Source: Chloroflexota bacterium (lineage in GTDB: Bacteria > Chloroflexota > DTOL01 > JACQYG01). Taken from it: DNA of 64,000 nucleotides. Positions within the stretch are counted from its first letter, which is position 1; each line of letters starts with the position of its first letter. Under the pieces are notes generated by a model. That model was not told the origin of the DNA, did not search any database, and saw only the letters and a program-made list of their open reading frames with translations. Below are positions 1-7,820 of this stretch, piece by piece. Location of the stretch: the NCBI GenBank assembly GCA_040754915.1, contig JBFMCB010000001.1:4443-68442 (forward strand), written 5' to 3'. The translations under genes and the position numbers were made by a program.

Positions 1-236
1 TGGGCCCCACTGCCCTTCCTCCATTTGACCTGGTAGTCGCCAACATCATCGCCGGGGTTATCGTGGAGATGGCGCCCGGTCTCGCTGCCGTGCTGGCGAG
101 GGAAGGGATGCTCCTGGCCTCTGGCATCATCGCCGAGAGAGAGCAGGAGGTTTGCCGGGCCCTCCAAGAGGCGGGCTTCGCGATAAGCGAATCGCTTCAC
201 CAAGGCGACTGGGTTACCCTGGTCAGTAGCCGATGA
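1..236 (+). CDS. prmA: ribosomal protein L11 methyltransferase PrmA, C-terminal fragment (5' end outside window)
   Basis: Frame 3 translates without a stop from the window edge to TGA at 234-236 (...LANIIAGVIVEMAPGLAAVLAREGMLLASGIIAEREQEVCRALQEAGF...GDWVTLVSSR*), typical PrmA C-terminus; ATGA overlap with downstream rsmE start at 233. Confidence 0.75.
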   Translation, partial: GPTALPPFDLVVANIIAGVIVEMAPGLAAVLAREGMLLASGIIAEREQEVCRALQEAGFAISESLHQGDWVTLVSSR

Positions 237-1039
237 CGCACCGGTTTTTCGTGCCGGCGGAGTGGCTCCGCGGCGATCCCATTGACATTGCGGGCGGCTT
301 GGCGCATCGAATCGCCGACGTCTTGCGCCTGCGACCGGGTGAGCAGATAGTGCTGCTGGACAACTCCGGCTGGGAATATCGGGTTGAGCTGGTCCGCGTG
401 GCTTCCCTCCAGGCGACGGGGATTATTCGGGGCAAATCCCTGGCCACCCAGGAGCCTCGCACCAAGATCACCCTGTACCAAGCCTTGCTCAAGGGCGACC
501 ATTTTGAGTACGTGCTGCAAAAGGGCACGGAATTGGGCGTCATCGAATTCGTTCCATTGATCTGCGACCGCTGCGTGGTGGCAACCATGAGCCAGGCGTC
601 GGCCAAGCTGGCCCGCTACCAGCGCATCATCCTGGAGGCGGCAGAACAGTGCGGCCGCGCCAAGTTTCCGGCCTTAAGACCGGCGATCCTTTTCCGGCAG
701 GCTTGCGAGCAGAACGCCGGCAGGGGATTATCGCTCATCCCGTGGGAGGGAGAAAGGGTTCAAAGCCTTAAGGGGATCATTGGCGAAAGGGCGGTCTCGG
801 CTAGCAAACAGGCCAGGGAAGGAGAGGGTAGCGTCTCCAGGCCCGGCCTACGGCCCAGGCCCTTTTCTGTGAGCCTGTTCATCGGGCCGGAGGGGGGCTT
901 TTCCCCGGAGGAGGTTAGTTGGGCTCAGCGCTACGGTATAGTTCCTGTGACTTTGGGGCCCAGGATCCTTCGGGCAGAGACGGCTGGGCTGGCGGCCACG
1001 GCGGCCATACTCTATGAATTCGGCGACCTGGGAGGCTGA
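233..1039 (+). CDS. rsmE: 16S rRNA (uracil1498-N3)-methyltransferase RsmE
   Basis: 268 aa ORF; N-terminus MTHRFFVPAEWLRGDPIDIAGGLAHRIADVLRLRPGEQIVLLDNSGWEYRVELVRV is the RsmE PUA-like domain; C-terminal SPOUT-type region (IGPEGGFSPEEV...GPRILRAETAG); conserved prmA-rsmE synteny. Confidence 0.85.
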   Translation: MTHRFFVPAEWLRGDPIDIAGGLAHRIADVLRLRPGEQIVLLDNSGWEYRVELVRVASLQATGIIRGKSLATQEPRTKITLYQALLKGDHFEYVLQKGTELGVIEFVPLICDRCVVATMSQASAKLARYQRIILEAAEQCGRAKFPALRPAILFRQACEQNAGRGLSLIPWEGERVQSLKGIIGERAVSASKQAREGEGSVSRPGLRPRPFSVSLFIGPEGGFSPEEVSWAQRYGIVPVTLGPRILRAETAGLAATAAILYEFGDLGG

Positions 1040-1042
1040 GAG

Positions 1043-1966
1043 ATGGCCCAAATCGGCAAGTGCCGCCTGATCGTGAACCCGGTTTCGGCCAATGGTGCCA
1101 CGGCAAAGAAATGGCCTCGCATCAGAGCGCTCCTGGAAAGACAAGGCCTGTGGTTCGACCACTGCTTCACCGAACGGCCCGGCCATGCCGTGGAACTGGC
1201 GCGACGAGCAGTTGAAGATGGCTGCCAACTGGTGGTGGCGGTAGGAGGAGATGGCACGGTCAATGAGGTAACAAACGGCCTGGTGGGAAGCCAGGGGGAG
1301 ATACCAACCGGGATTGTATTGGGGATGATACCCACGGGCACCGGCGCGGATTTTGGGCGAACATTCGGCATCCCGCGTGACTACGAACAAGCGTGTCAGC
1401 ACCTGGTGGGCGAAACCACCAGGACCATTGACCTCGGCGTGATCGGTTACTCCAACGCGGCCGGCCCAGTGCACCGCTATTACGTGAATGTGGCAGGGTC
1501 GGGATTTGACGGCGAGGTCGCCGAGCGAGTCAATCGCAGCTCGAAGGCCTTGGGTGGCACTATTCCCTATTTGTCATGCCTGGTGGTCACGCTGATCGCC
1601 TACAAAAACAAGATGATTGAAATAATCCATGATGGTCAAAAGTCAACGCGCCGAGCCAACAGCTTGATTGTTTGTAATGGCCGCTATTTCGGCGGCGGCA
1701 TGTTCATCGCGCCTAATGCTGATCCATCGGATGGGTTCTTAGATGTAGTGGTCATCGGCGACACCGGCCGCCTGGAATTCCTACAGGCCGTCCCTCGCGT
1801 CTACAAAGGCACTCATCTGACGCATCCCAAAGTGGAATCCTTTCGCGCTCGAGAGATTAGGATAGAGACCCGGGAACGGATGATAATCCAGGCCGATGGA
1901 GAGCTTTTGGGCCAGGCGCCGGCCACGTTTTCGCTGATTCCTCGGGGCCTGGTGGTCAAGGTATAG
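1043..1966 (+). CDS. diacylglycerol kinase catalytic-domain family lipid kinase (YegS/BmrU-like)
   Basis: 307 aa; motif LVVAVGGDGTVNEVTNGL and IPTGTGADFGR typical of the DAGK_cat family; RBS GGGAGG upstream. Confidence 0.8.
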   Translation: MAQIGKCRLIVNPVSANGATAKKWPRIRALLERQGLWFDHCFTERPGHAVELARRAVEDGCQLVVAVGGDGTVNEVTNGLVGSQGEIPTGIVLGMIPTGTGADFGRTFGIPRDYEQACQHLVGETTRTIDLGVIGYSNAAGPVHRYYVNVAGSGFDGEVAERVNRSSKALGGTIPYLSCLVVTLIAYKNKMIEIIHDGQKSTRRANSLIVCNGRYFGGGMFIAPNADPSDGFLDVVVIGDTGRLEFLQAVPRVYKGTHLTHPKVESFRAREIRIETRERMIIQADGELLGQAPATFSLIPRGLVVKV

Positions 1967-2050
1967 CTCGCACCAACCTGGGCGATCGTCGCCTTGAAGC
2001 TCCTGGTGGATGTTGCGCCACCCCACAAAATGTAGAGAATGGAGGTAAAA

Positions 2051-2413
2051 ATGCCAGCAGTTCCCGCTTTCATGTTAAAAAAGCTGTTCGTGAAGGGCAG
2101 CCTGAAGAACAATCTGGAGGGCTTTGAGTTTCAGTTGAAGAACGTCCTGGCCCCCGGCACTATTACCGGCGTCCTTCCATTAGTGGTGGACGACCAGGCC
2201 TACCAGGCGGAGAGTCTTTACATAATACAAAGCGAGGAGCGAAGGGCCGCCAATCAGATCGGCAAGGAGCAGCCCTTCTCTTTTGCCCTCAACTCCCAGC
2301 TTACCATGGCCGTGAGGGGCCCTCAGCTCCCACCCGGCGCCCACCGCATTGTGATCGACGTGATCACCAAGGAGGCCGGTGAGCTCAAATGGGACGTGAC
2401 CGAAACGCTTTGA
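2051..2413 (+). CDS. hypothetical protein (about 120 aa)
   Basis: ORF 2039..2413 in track; internal ATG at 2051 has a perfect SD (GGAGGT, 5-nt spacing), so 2051 is the likelier start. No motif recognised. Confidence 0.5.
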   Translation: MPAVPAFMLKKLFVKGSLKNNLEGFEFQLKNVLAPGTITGVLPLVVDDQAYQAESLYIIQSEERRAANQIGKEQPFSFALNSQLTMAVRGPQLPPGAHRIVIDVITKEAGELKWDVTETL

Positions 2414-2432
2414 GCGTCAAGCGGGCGCTTCG

Positions 2433-4250
2433 GTGCTGATCCGCAAGTACATCTGGGTCATAGCGTGCGAACTCACCTTTCTGGCAGTGGCCCTATCTTC
2501 AGCCGCGTGGGCCTGGCGTTGGCTGGAGTCGGTGGGCGACTACCGGCCTCCTCTGCGCAGTCGGCCCTCCTTGCAAGGGGCTACCACCCCCGCCGTTCAA
2601 CAGGTGGTACTGGTGGTGTTGGACGGATACGAACCCAAGGTAGCTGAGGCTGCAGGCTTCTTGCCCGACTGGCCAGCGAAGGGTGGTGCTTGTCGCCTGA
2701 GTTATCGGTACGGCGCAGGCTATTTTCCTCCCTGGCTTCCTCTGGTCACCGGTGCTACGGTCGAGTTTGGCGGTGCCGGCAATTGGAAAGGCGTTCTGAA
2801 GAGCGGGCTCCCGGGGCCCTTTGGTTATAGCCTCCCGGGTGGCCCGGGCCGGGCTCGGTCTGAGGAAAGGTTCCAGCCAACCACTATCTTGAAGGCCGCC
2901 AAGAGTGCCGGTTACCTGACTGCGTTCGTGGGGCCTCCGGAGTGGGCCGCTTTCCTTCCTGCGGAGGACGTGACGGCTAGAAATACCATAGCCGCCTCGA
3001 GCCCCCTGGACGCTTTCACGCGGGCCGGGCTTGCTGCCCTGACCGACCTGAAACCCAACCTCCTCTTAACTGCATTGCCCTATCCTGCATCGTATGGCGT
3101 TAGCTCGTCGCCGGCATCCAATGTCGGCCCGGCTGAGAGCGTGGGTGCTTATCTTCGAGCCTTGTATGACGCGTTGGATCCGGCGAACGCTGTTTTAGTG
3201 GTGATAACTATTCCACCAATGATACAACCTGGATGGCGGAACCAAGAGGGCAGGCTATTCCTGGCGGGCGAGAAGGTTCGAGTCGGGGAACATCCCGACA
3301 TGAGGCTGGAGGATGTGGCGGCTGCGGTCATTGCCTTGCTGGGGACGCCAGTGCCGGAAGGTGCTACCGGCTCGGTTCCGTGGCACTTGCTGGCGTTGGA
3401 CGAACGCAGCAAAGCGGTGAAACAGTTGGCCTTTGCTGCCCAACGGGTGGCACTGGCAGATGCATACCTTTTTAGCCTGAAGATGGGAACGTCGGAGGAG
3501 CATGTGGTAAACGATCTGGCCATGTCCAGGAGTGCGCTGAACGTTGGAAATCTGACCGGTGCTTACCGTCTGGCCACCAACGCCATGGCACAAGCTGACT
3601 TGGCCATTGCTAAGGCCAAGGCAGCTAAATTGCAGAAAGACCGTTGGAGGAGGACACCACTCGTGGCTCTGGCGCTGGTGCCACTCGTGCTAGCCATGCT
3701 CGGTGTACTGGCGGTCGTGTTGAATCGATACCGGCCGATACGCGCCCTTCGTCTCTTTCCCCCCTTCGCTCTTTGGCTGGACTCGTCGCCAGGCAGGTTT
3801 GCGGTGGCCTTGGCTGGGTTTGGCGCGGCAATCACGGCTGGCTTTCTGGCAATCCAACCGGGCTCTTCTGTTTACTGGCAGCCGGGAGGCTGGCCAACGG
3901 CCGCCCTGGAGCGTATGCTGGGCGTGTCTTCTTGGTCACTGATCCTGCCATCGCTGGCCCTGGGGTTCTACCTGTTCAGAGAAAGGGTCGAACCGGGAGA
4001 GTTTTTTCGCCTGGGGCTGCTCCTCTCTGCCTGGCTGATCTACCTGGAACTGGTGCCGCTGCTGCTCTTATACTGGCACGACGGTCTGAGGCTGACCTGG
4101 TACATCCCGGACGCCTGGGTGTTATGGTTGTGGCCGACGGCGCTCTCACTCTTGTTCGCTTCGGCGGCCGCTGCTGTCGTTGTTCCGCCGGTCGTGGCCG
4201 CTTTCTATGCCCTGGCCTGGTCATCAAATAGCGACAACCGGAAGCTGTAA
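2433..4250 (+). CDS. hypothetical membrane protein (N-terminal TM, alkaline-phosphatase-like VVLVVLDGYEP segment, C-terminal polytopic region)
   Basis: 605-codon GTG-initiated ORF without stops in 63% GC DNA, far longer than expected by chance; N-terminal hydrophobic helix, Ala/Gly/Pro-rich middle, at least 6 C-terminal hydrophobic helices. Function not recognised. Confidence 0.55.
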   Translation: MLIRKYIWVIACELTFLAVALSSAAWAWRWLESVGDYRPPLRSRPSLQGATTPAVQQVVLVVLDGYEPKVAEAAGFLPDWPAKGGACRLSYRYGAGYFPPWLPLVTGATVEFGGAGNWKGVLKSGLPGPFGYSLPGGPGRARSEERFQPTTILKAAKSAGYLTAFVGPPEWAAFLPAEDVTARNTIAASSPLDAFTRAGLAALTDLKPNLLLTALPYPASYGVSSSPASNVGPAESVGAYLRALYDALDPANAVLVVITIPPMIQPGWRNQEGRLFLAGEKVRVGEHPDMRLEDVAAAVIALLGTPVPEGATGSVPWHLLALDERSKAVKQLAFAAQRVALADAYLFSLKMGTSEEHVVNDLAMSRSALNVGNLTGAYRLATNAMAQADLAIAKAKAAKLQKDRWRRTPLVALALVPLVLAMLGVLAVVLNRYRPIRALRLFPPFALWLDSSPGRFAVALAGFGAAITAGFLAIQPGSSVYWQPGGWPTAALERMLGVSSWSLILPSLALGFYLFRERVEPGEFFRLGLLLSAWLIYLELVPLLLLYWHDGLRLTWYIPDAWVLWLWPTALSLLFASAAAAVVVPPVVAAFYALAWSSNSDNRKL

Positions 4251-4277
4251 CGTTCTGCTAGGCACTTTCGTTATAAT
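4245..4277 (+). promoter_or_regulatory. ECF-sigma-type promoter (TGTAAC-N17-CGTT) plus overlapping TATAAT, upstream of the sigma gene at 4315
   Basis: AAC at 4248-4250 and CGTT at 4268-4271 with 17-bp spacer, the AAC-N16/17-CGT architecture of autoregulated ECF promoters; TATAAT at 4272-4277. Confidence 0.45.
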
Positions 4278-4314
4278 GGGTGAAGGCTGCCCCTTCACCT
4301 CAAAGGTAGAGGGC

Positions 4315-4842
4315 ATGCCGGAGGAAGTTGAGCTGGTGCGCCGGGCCGTGCGGCGCGAGGCGGAAGCCTTTGCCCGGCTCTACGAGCTGCATTTGGACGA
4401 GGTATTCCGCTACGTTTACTATAAGACCGGGGATACAGCGGAGGCCGAGGACCTGACGGAGCAGGTTTTCCTGAAAGCCTGGGAATCCATCGATCGCTTC
4501 CAGTGGCGGGGGACCCCTTTCAGGGCCTGGCTGTTGCGTCTGGCCCACAATCTGGTAGTTGACCGCTGGCGAGGTCGAAGGGAAACGCTGTCCTTAAATG
4601 ATGTTCAATCCGCGCCTACGCCTGGTCCGGAGGGCCAGGCCTACAAGACACTGGAGGCTCAGGAGCTGCGGCAGGTGCTCCTTAGCCTTTCGCCGGAGCA
4701 GCAGCAGGTCCTCATCCTGCGTTTTGTGGAGGACTTGAGCTACCAGGAGATCGCCTCGATCATGGGCAAATCCGAAGGCGCTCTCCGGGTGATCCAGCAC
4801 CGGGCTTTGGCCAATTTGCGAAAGGCCATGGCTGAGAGTTAG
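4315..4842 (+). CDS. ECF-type RNA polymerase sigma-70 family sigma factor
   Basis: Region 2 (FARLYELHLDEVFRYVYYKTGDTAEAEDLTQEVFLKAWE) and region 4 (LSPEQQQVLILRFVEDLSYQEIASIMGKSEGALRVIQHRALANLRK) motifs; start set at ATG 4315 (RBS AAGGTAGAGGG) rather than the track's upstream ATG 4180. Confidence 0.85.
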   Translation: MPEEVELVRRAVRREAEAFARLYELHLDEVFRYVYYKTGDTAEAEDLTEQVFLKAWESIDRFQWRGTPFRAWLLRLAHNLVVDRWRGRRETLSLNDVQSAPTPGPEGQAYKTLEAQELRQVLLSLSPEQQQVLILRFVEDLSYQEIASIMGKSEGALRVIQHRALANLRKAMAES

Positions 4843-4867
4843 CGCGCGTCAAAGCATGGGCGAATAG

Positions 4868-5815
4868 ATGAAAGCAATCGAACGCGCATTGTGGGACTGC
4901 CTGATCGAGATTCAAGACAAAGGCCGCTCGGTGGAGGAGTGCCTGGCTCGCTATCCTGAACTGGCCGACGAACTGGCTCCGCTGGTGCACACGGCCACTA
5001 TGGTGCATCAGGTGCCGCATCCTGAGCCCTCGCCCGGGTTCCGAAGTGGGGCCAGCGTCAGGCTCTTGAACCGGATTCAGGCCTGGGAGACGGCACGTTC
5101 CTCCCCAGGCGGTGCCATGCGGTGGTTCCCGTGGCTGGCCCGGCGGCGCTCCTGGGCGGTGACGTGGTTGGCTCGGGCCATGATCGCCATGATGTGTGCG
5201 GCCCTCTTCGGCGGCGGCGTGGTATTGGCGGCCAGGGAGAGCCTGCCGGATAGCCCCCTTTACGGGACTAAGCTGGTCATGGAGCGGGTACAGCTCAGGC
5301 TGGCAGTCACCGAGGGGACCAGGGCCACGCTGCTCATGGGGTTTGCCGATGAGCGCGTGAGGGAGATGCAGGCCCTGGCGGCCAAGGGCAAGGGTCGGGA
5401 GGCAGCCCAACTGGCGGTCCAGTATGCGAAGGACGTGACGCAGGTGCAGAAGTCAATTGAAAGCGGCCCGGAGGGGAACGGGAAGGCCCTGGAACTACTC
5501 CTGCGGTTTGATGCTCAGGTAAGACGGCATGAGGGTGCTTTGGACCGGGTGCGGCAGCAGGTGCCCGAGGAGGAGCGGCCCGCCATCAACGAAGCCCTGG
5601 AGGCCTCCCGGCGTGGCCAGGCCAAGGCCCGGGAGGCCATAGAGAAGCGAAAATCGCCTCCCGGCCAGGAGAAAAGGGAGACACCTCCACCGGGCAAGGA
5701 TCAGCCACCCGGACAGAGGAAATGGAGCTCATCGAATAGGGAGCGTGGTCACCTCACCGTTATGAGTTCCGTGAACACCTGCCGCCCTACCGCTAGCGTT
5801 ATGCTCTCGATTTGA
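4868..5815 (+). CDS. anti-sigma factor, single-pass membrane protein with DUF5667-like periplasmic domain
   Basis: Directly downstream of the ECF sigma gene; cytoplasmic N-terminus, one TM helix (AMIAMMCAALFGGGVVLAA), then DSPLYGTKLVMERVQLRLA... coiled, charged region typical of sigma-associated DUF5667 proteins. Confidence 0.65.
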   Translation: MKAIERALWDCLIEIQDKGRSVEECLARYPELADELAPLVHTATMVHQVPHPEPSPGFRSGASVRLLNRIQAWETARSSPGGAMRWFPWLARRRSWAVTWLARAMIAMMCAALFGGGVVLAARESLPDSPLYGTKLVMERVQLRLAVTEGTRATLLMGFADERVREMQALAAKGKGREAAQLAVQYAKDVTQVQKSIESGPEGNGKALELLLRFDAQVRRHEGALDRVRQQVPEEERPAINEALEASRRGQAKAREAIEKRKSPPGQEKRETPPPGKDQPPGQRKWSSSNRERGHLTVMSSVNTCRPTASVMLSI

Positions 5816-6030
5816 TACCTCTGGCGAAACATATCTAAAGGCTGCGTTTCCAATAACTCGTAGCTGTGGTCGCCAAGCATCCGGCTGTTGCCCGCCAGCG
5901 CCCGGGCCCGACGCTTTGAGGGCTGCCTCACGCCCAAGGCGGGCATGACCTTTGCCTGCCGTAGCTTCCCCGTCTGGGCCAGGGCCCCTTGCACTATAGA
6001 ACTGGAGAGGCAACCGGTCTTGCACCGGCG

Positions 6031-6059
6031 TAGACTTTTGATCCAAAATAGGGTACAAT
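6031..6059 (+). promoter_or_regulatory. possible sigma-70 promoter TAGACT-17-TACAAT upstream of lplA
   Basis: Read directly; imperfect hexamers with 17-bp spacing. Confidence 0.3.
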
Positions 6060-6078
6060 CTCCGCCGGACCCTGGCTG

Positions 6079-6930
6079 GTGAATCTTCTTCTCATGGCAG
6101 AGGAGCCATTGTCAATCAACCTCCCACAGTGGCGTTTGCTGCGCACCGCCCCCCGGCAGGGTGCCTGGAATATGGCGGTTGACGAGGCGCTATCCCTGCT
6201 GGTAGCGGAGGGCCGGGCGCCATTTACCTTTCGGCTCTATCGCTGGCAGCCTCCCTGTCTTTCTCTGGGATATTTTCAGGAGATAGGCCGGGTGAACCTG
6301 GAGGCCTGTGCTCGACGAGGTGTCGACGTAGTGCGGCGACCCACCGGTGGGAAGGCTATCTTGCACGATCGTGAGCTGACCTATAGCCTCGTGGTAGCCG
6401 AGAGCGAGCCTCAGGTCGCAGGCTCAGTGGTGGAGTCCTATCGCAAGATCAGCGCGGGGCTCGTTGCCGGGCTCCGCAGGCTGGGAATCTTAGTTGAGCT
6501 GGGGCTGGCCCAGCCTAACCCCTCCAATAGTGGAGGCGGGTCCCTCTGCTTCGAAACCCCGTCAGACCATGAACTCGTGGCGGCAGGCAAGAAGATCGTC
6601 GGCAGCGCCCAGATGCGCCGCAACGGCGTAATCTTACAACATGGCTCCATCCCTCTGGACTTTGCTGCCGCTCGATTACTCGAGCTGTTCAACTATCCAG
6701 CCCAGGAGCGTGCCAGTTTGGAGATACTACGCCAGCGCGCCACCTCCCTCAATGAGATACTGGGACGGCCGGTGGGCGTGGCCGAGGTCGAGGCAGCCCT
6801 GGTGGCAGGTTTCCAGGAAGCCCTGGGCGTGAGTCTGTTCCCGGGAGACCTTCAGCCCGATGAATTGAAGCTGGCCGATGAACTGGTCCAATGCCGGTAT
6901 AGCACCCGGGATTGGCTTCATCGGAGGTAG
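6079..6930 (+). CDS. lplA: lipoate-protein ligase A / octanoyltransferase family protein (BPL_LplA_LipB domain)
   Basis: 283 aa; RRPTGGKAILHD and KIVGSAQMRRNGVILQHGSIPL motifs of the LplA/LipB catalytic domain; GTG 6079 or ATG 6094 start. Confidence 0.8.
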   Translation: MNLLLMAEEPLSINLPQWRLLRTAPRQGAWNMAVDEALSLLVAEGRAPFTFRLYRWQPPCLSLGYFQEIGRVNLEACARRGVDVVRRPTGGKAILHDRELTYSLVVAESEPQVAGSVVESYRKISAGLVAGLRRLGILVELGLAQPNPSNSGGGSLCFETPSDHELVAAGKKIVGSAQMRRNGVILQHGSIPLDFAAARLLELFNYPAQERASLEILRQRATSLNEILGRPVGVAEVEAALVAGFQEALGVSLFPGDLQPDELKLADELVQCRYSTRDWLHRR

Positions 6931-6936
6931 GCACGG

Positions 6937-7764
6937 ATGAGCCTGAGTCCGTTTGTTCCATGGCGCCTGACCAGAATCATCGCGGGGCAGGCTTCAACTG
7001 TTCACGGAAGCGTCGTGGCCGAAGAGCCGCTGGAGATACAGCTCAATGGAGAGCCCGTAGCGGTTCTGATGCGTCTTCCGGGAGATGAAAAGGCGCTGGC
7101 CATCGGATTTTGTATCACTGAGGGATTGATCGCCCACTACGCGGACATTCGACTGGTCTTTCATTGCGGCAGTGCCACGGAGGGCGAGAGCGTGCCCGGT
7201 GAGGACTCCGCGAACCGCGTGCGCATCGTGGCCGACCGGACCGCGCCTGATCCGGCGGCAAAGCTCCTGAGGCTGATTCGATCGGGGTGCGGTGGGATCG
7301 AGGTGACTGAAGTTGCGGCGGACATCCCGGCAGTGAGCAGTGACCTCCATGTTTCCCCTGATGTGCTGTGGGCCTTGCCCAAGACGATGGCCGCGTCCCA
7401 ACGCTCCTACCGGGCGGCGGGAGGCGTACACGCCGCAGCGGTCTTCGACTCCGAGGGTCGCCTGGTGGTGGTTAAGGAGGACATCGGCCGCCACAATGCT
7501 GCGGATAAGGCCATCGGCGAGTGCATCATTCAGGGGGTGGGGCTCCAAGACAAGATCATGCTTATCACTGGCCGCGCCAGCCACGAAATGGTGATGAAGG
7601 CCGCCCGGGTCGGGATGCCGGTGCTGGTTTCTCTATCGTCCCCCACATCATTGGCCCTGCAGATGGCCGAGCGGCTCAATTGCACTACCATCGGCTATCT
7701 CCGGGGGCACCGCATGAGCGTGTACACCCATCCGTGGCGGGTGGCAGAGTCTCCCTCTAAATAG
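6937..7764 (+). CDS. fdhD: formate dehydrogenase accessory sulfurtransferase FdhD
   Basis: 275 aa; signature EDIGRHNAADKAIGECI and C-terminal ...LVSLSSPTSLALQMAERLNCTTIGYLRG; RBS GGAGG upstream. Confidence 0.85.
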   Translation: MSLSPFVPWRLTRIIAGQASTVHGSVVAEEPLEIQLNGEPVAVLMRLPGDEKALAIGFCITEGLIAHYADIRLVFHCGSATEGESVPGEDSANRVRIVADRTAPDPAAKLLRLIRSGCGGIEVTEVAADIPAVSSDLHVSPDVLWALPKTMAASQRSYRAAGGVHAAAVFDSEGRLVVVKEDIGRHNAADKAIGECIIQGVGLQDKIMLITGRASHEMVMKAARVGMPVLVSLSSPTSLALQMAERLNCTTIGYLRGHRMSVYTHPWRVAESPSK

Positions 7765-7820
7765 TCCGGTGCCTGGCCGTGCTCAGGTCGGCGTTCACCC
7801 GGTTGAGATAGAGAATATCC

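Noticed and set aside
197-1474. Minus-strand ORFs 197..520, 223..606, 848..1474, 915..1106 and 1012..1371, overlapping prmA/rsmE/DAGK
   Set aside because: They lie antisense to genes with strong family-specific motifs. High GC content generates long stop-free antisense frames. Their Arg/Pro/Gly-rich composition is typical of shadow ORFs.
3149-4231. Overlapping ORFs inside the 2433..4250 membrane-protein gene (for example 3644..4231 +, 3563..3835 -)
   Set aside because: Alternative-frame and antisense shadows of a 605-codon ORF, with no independent RBS or start support.
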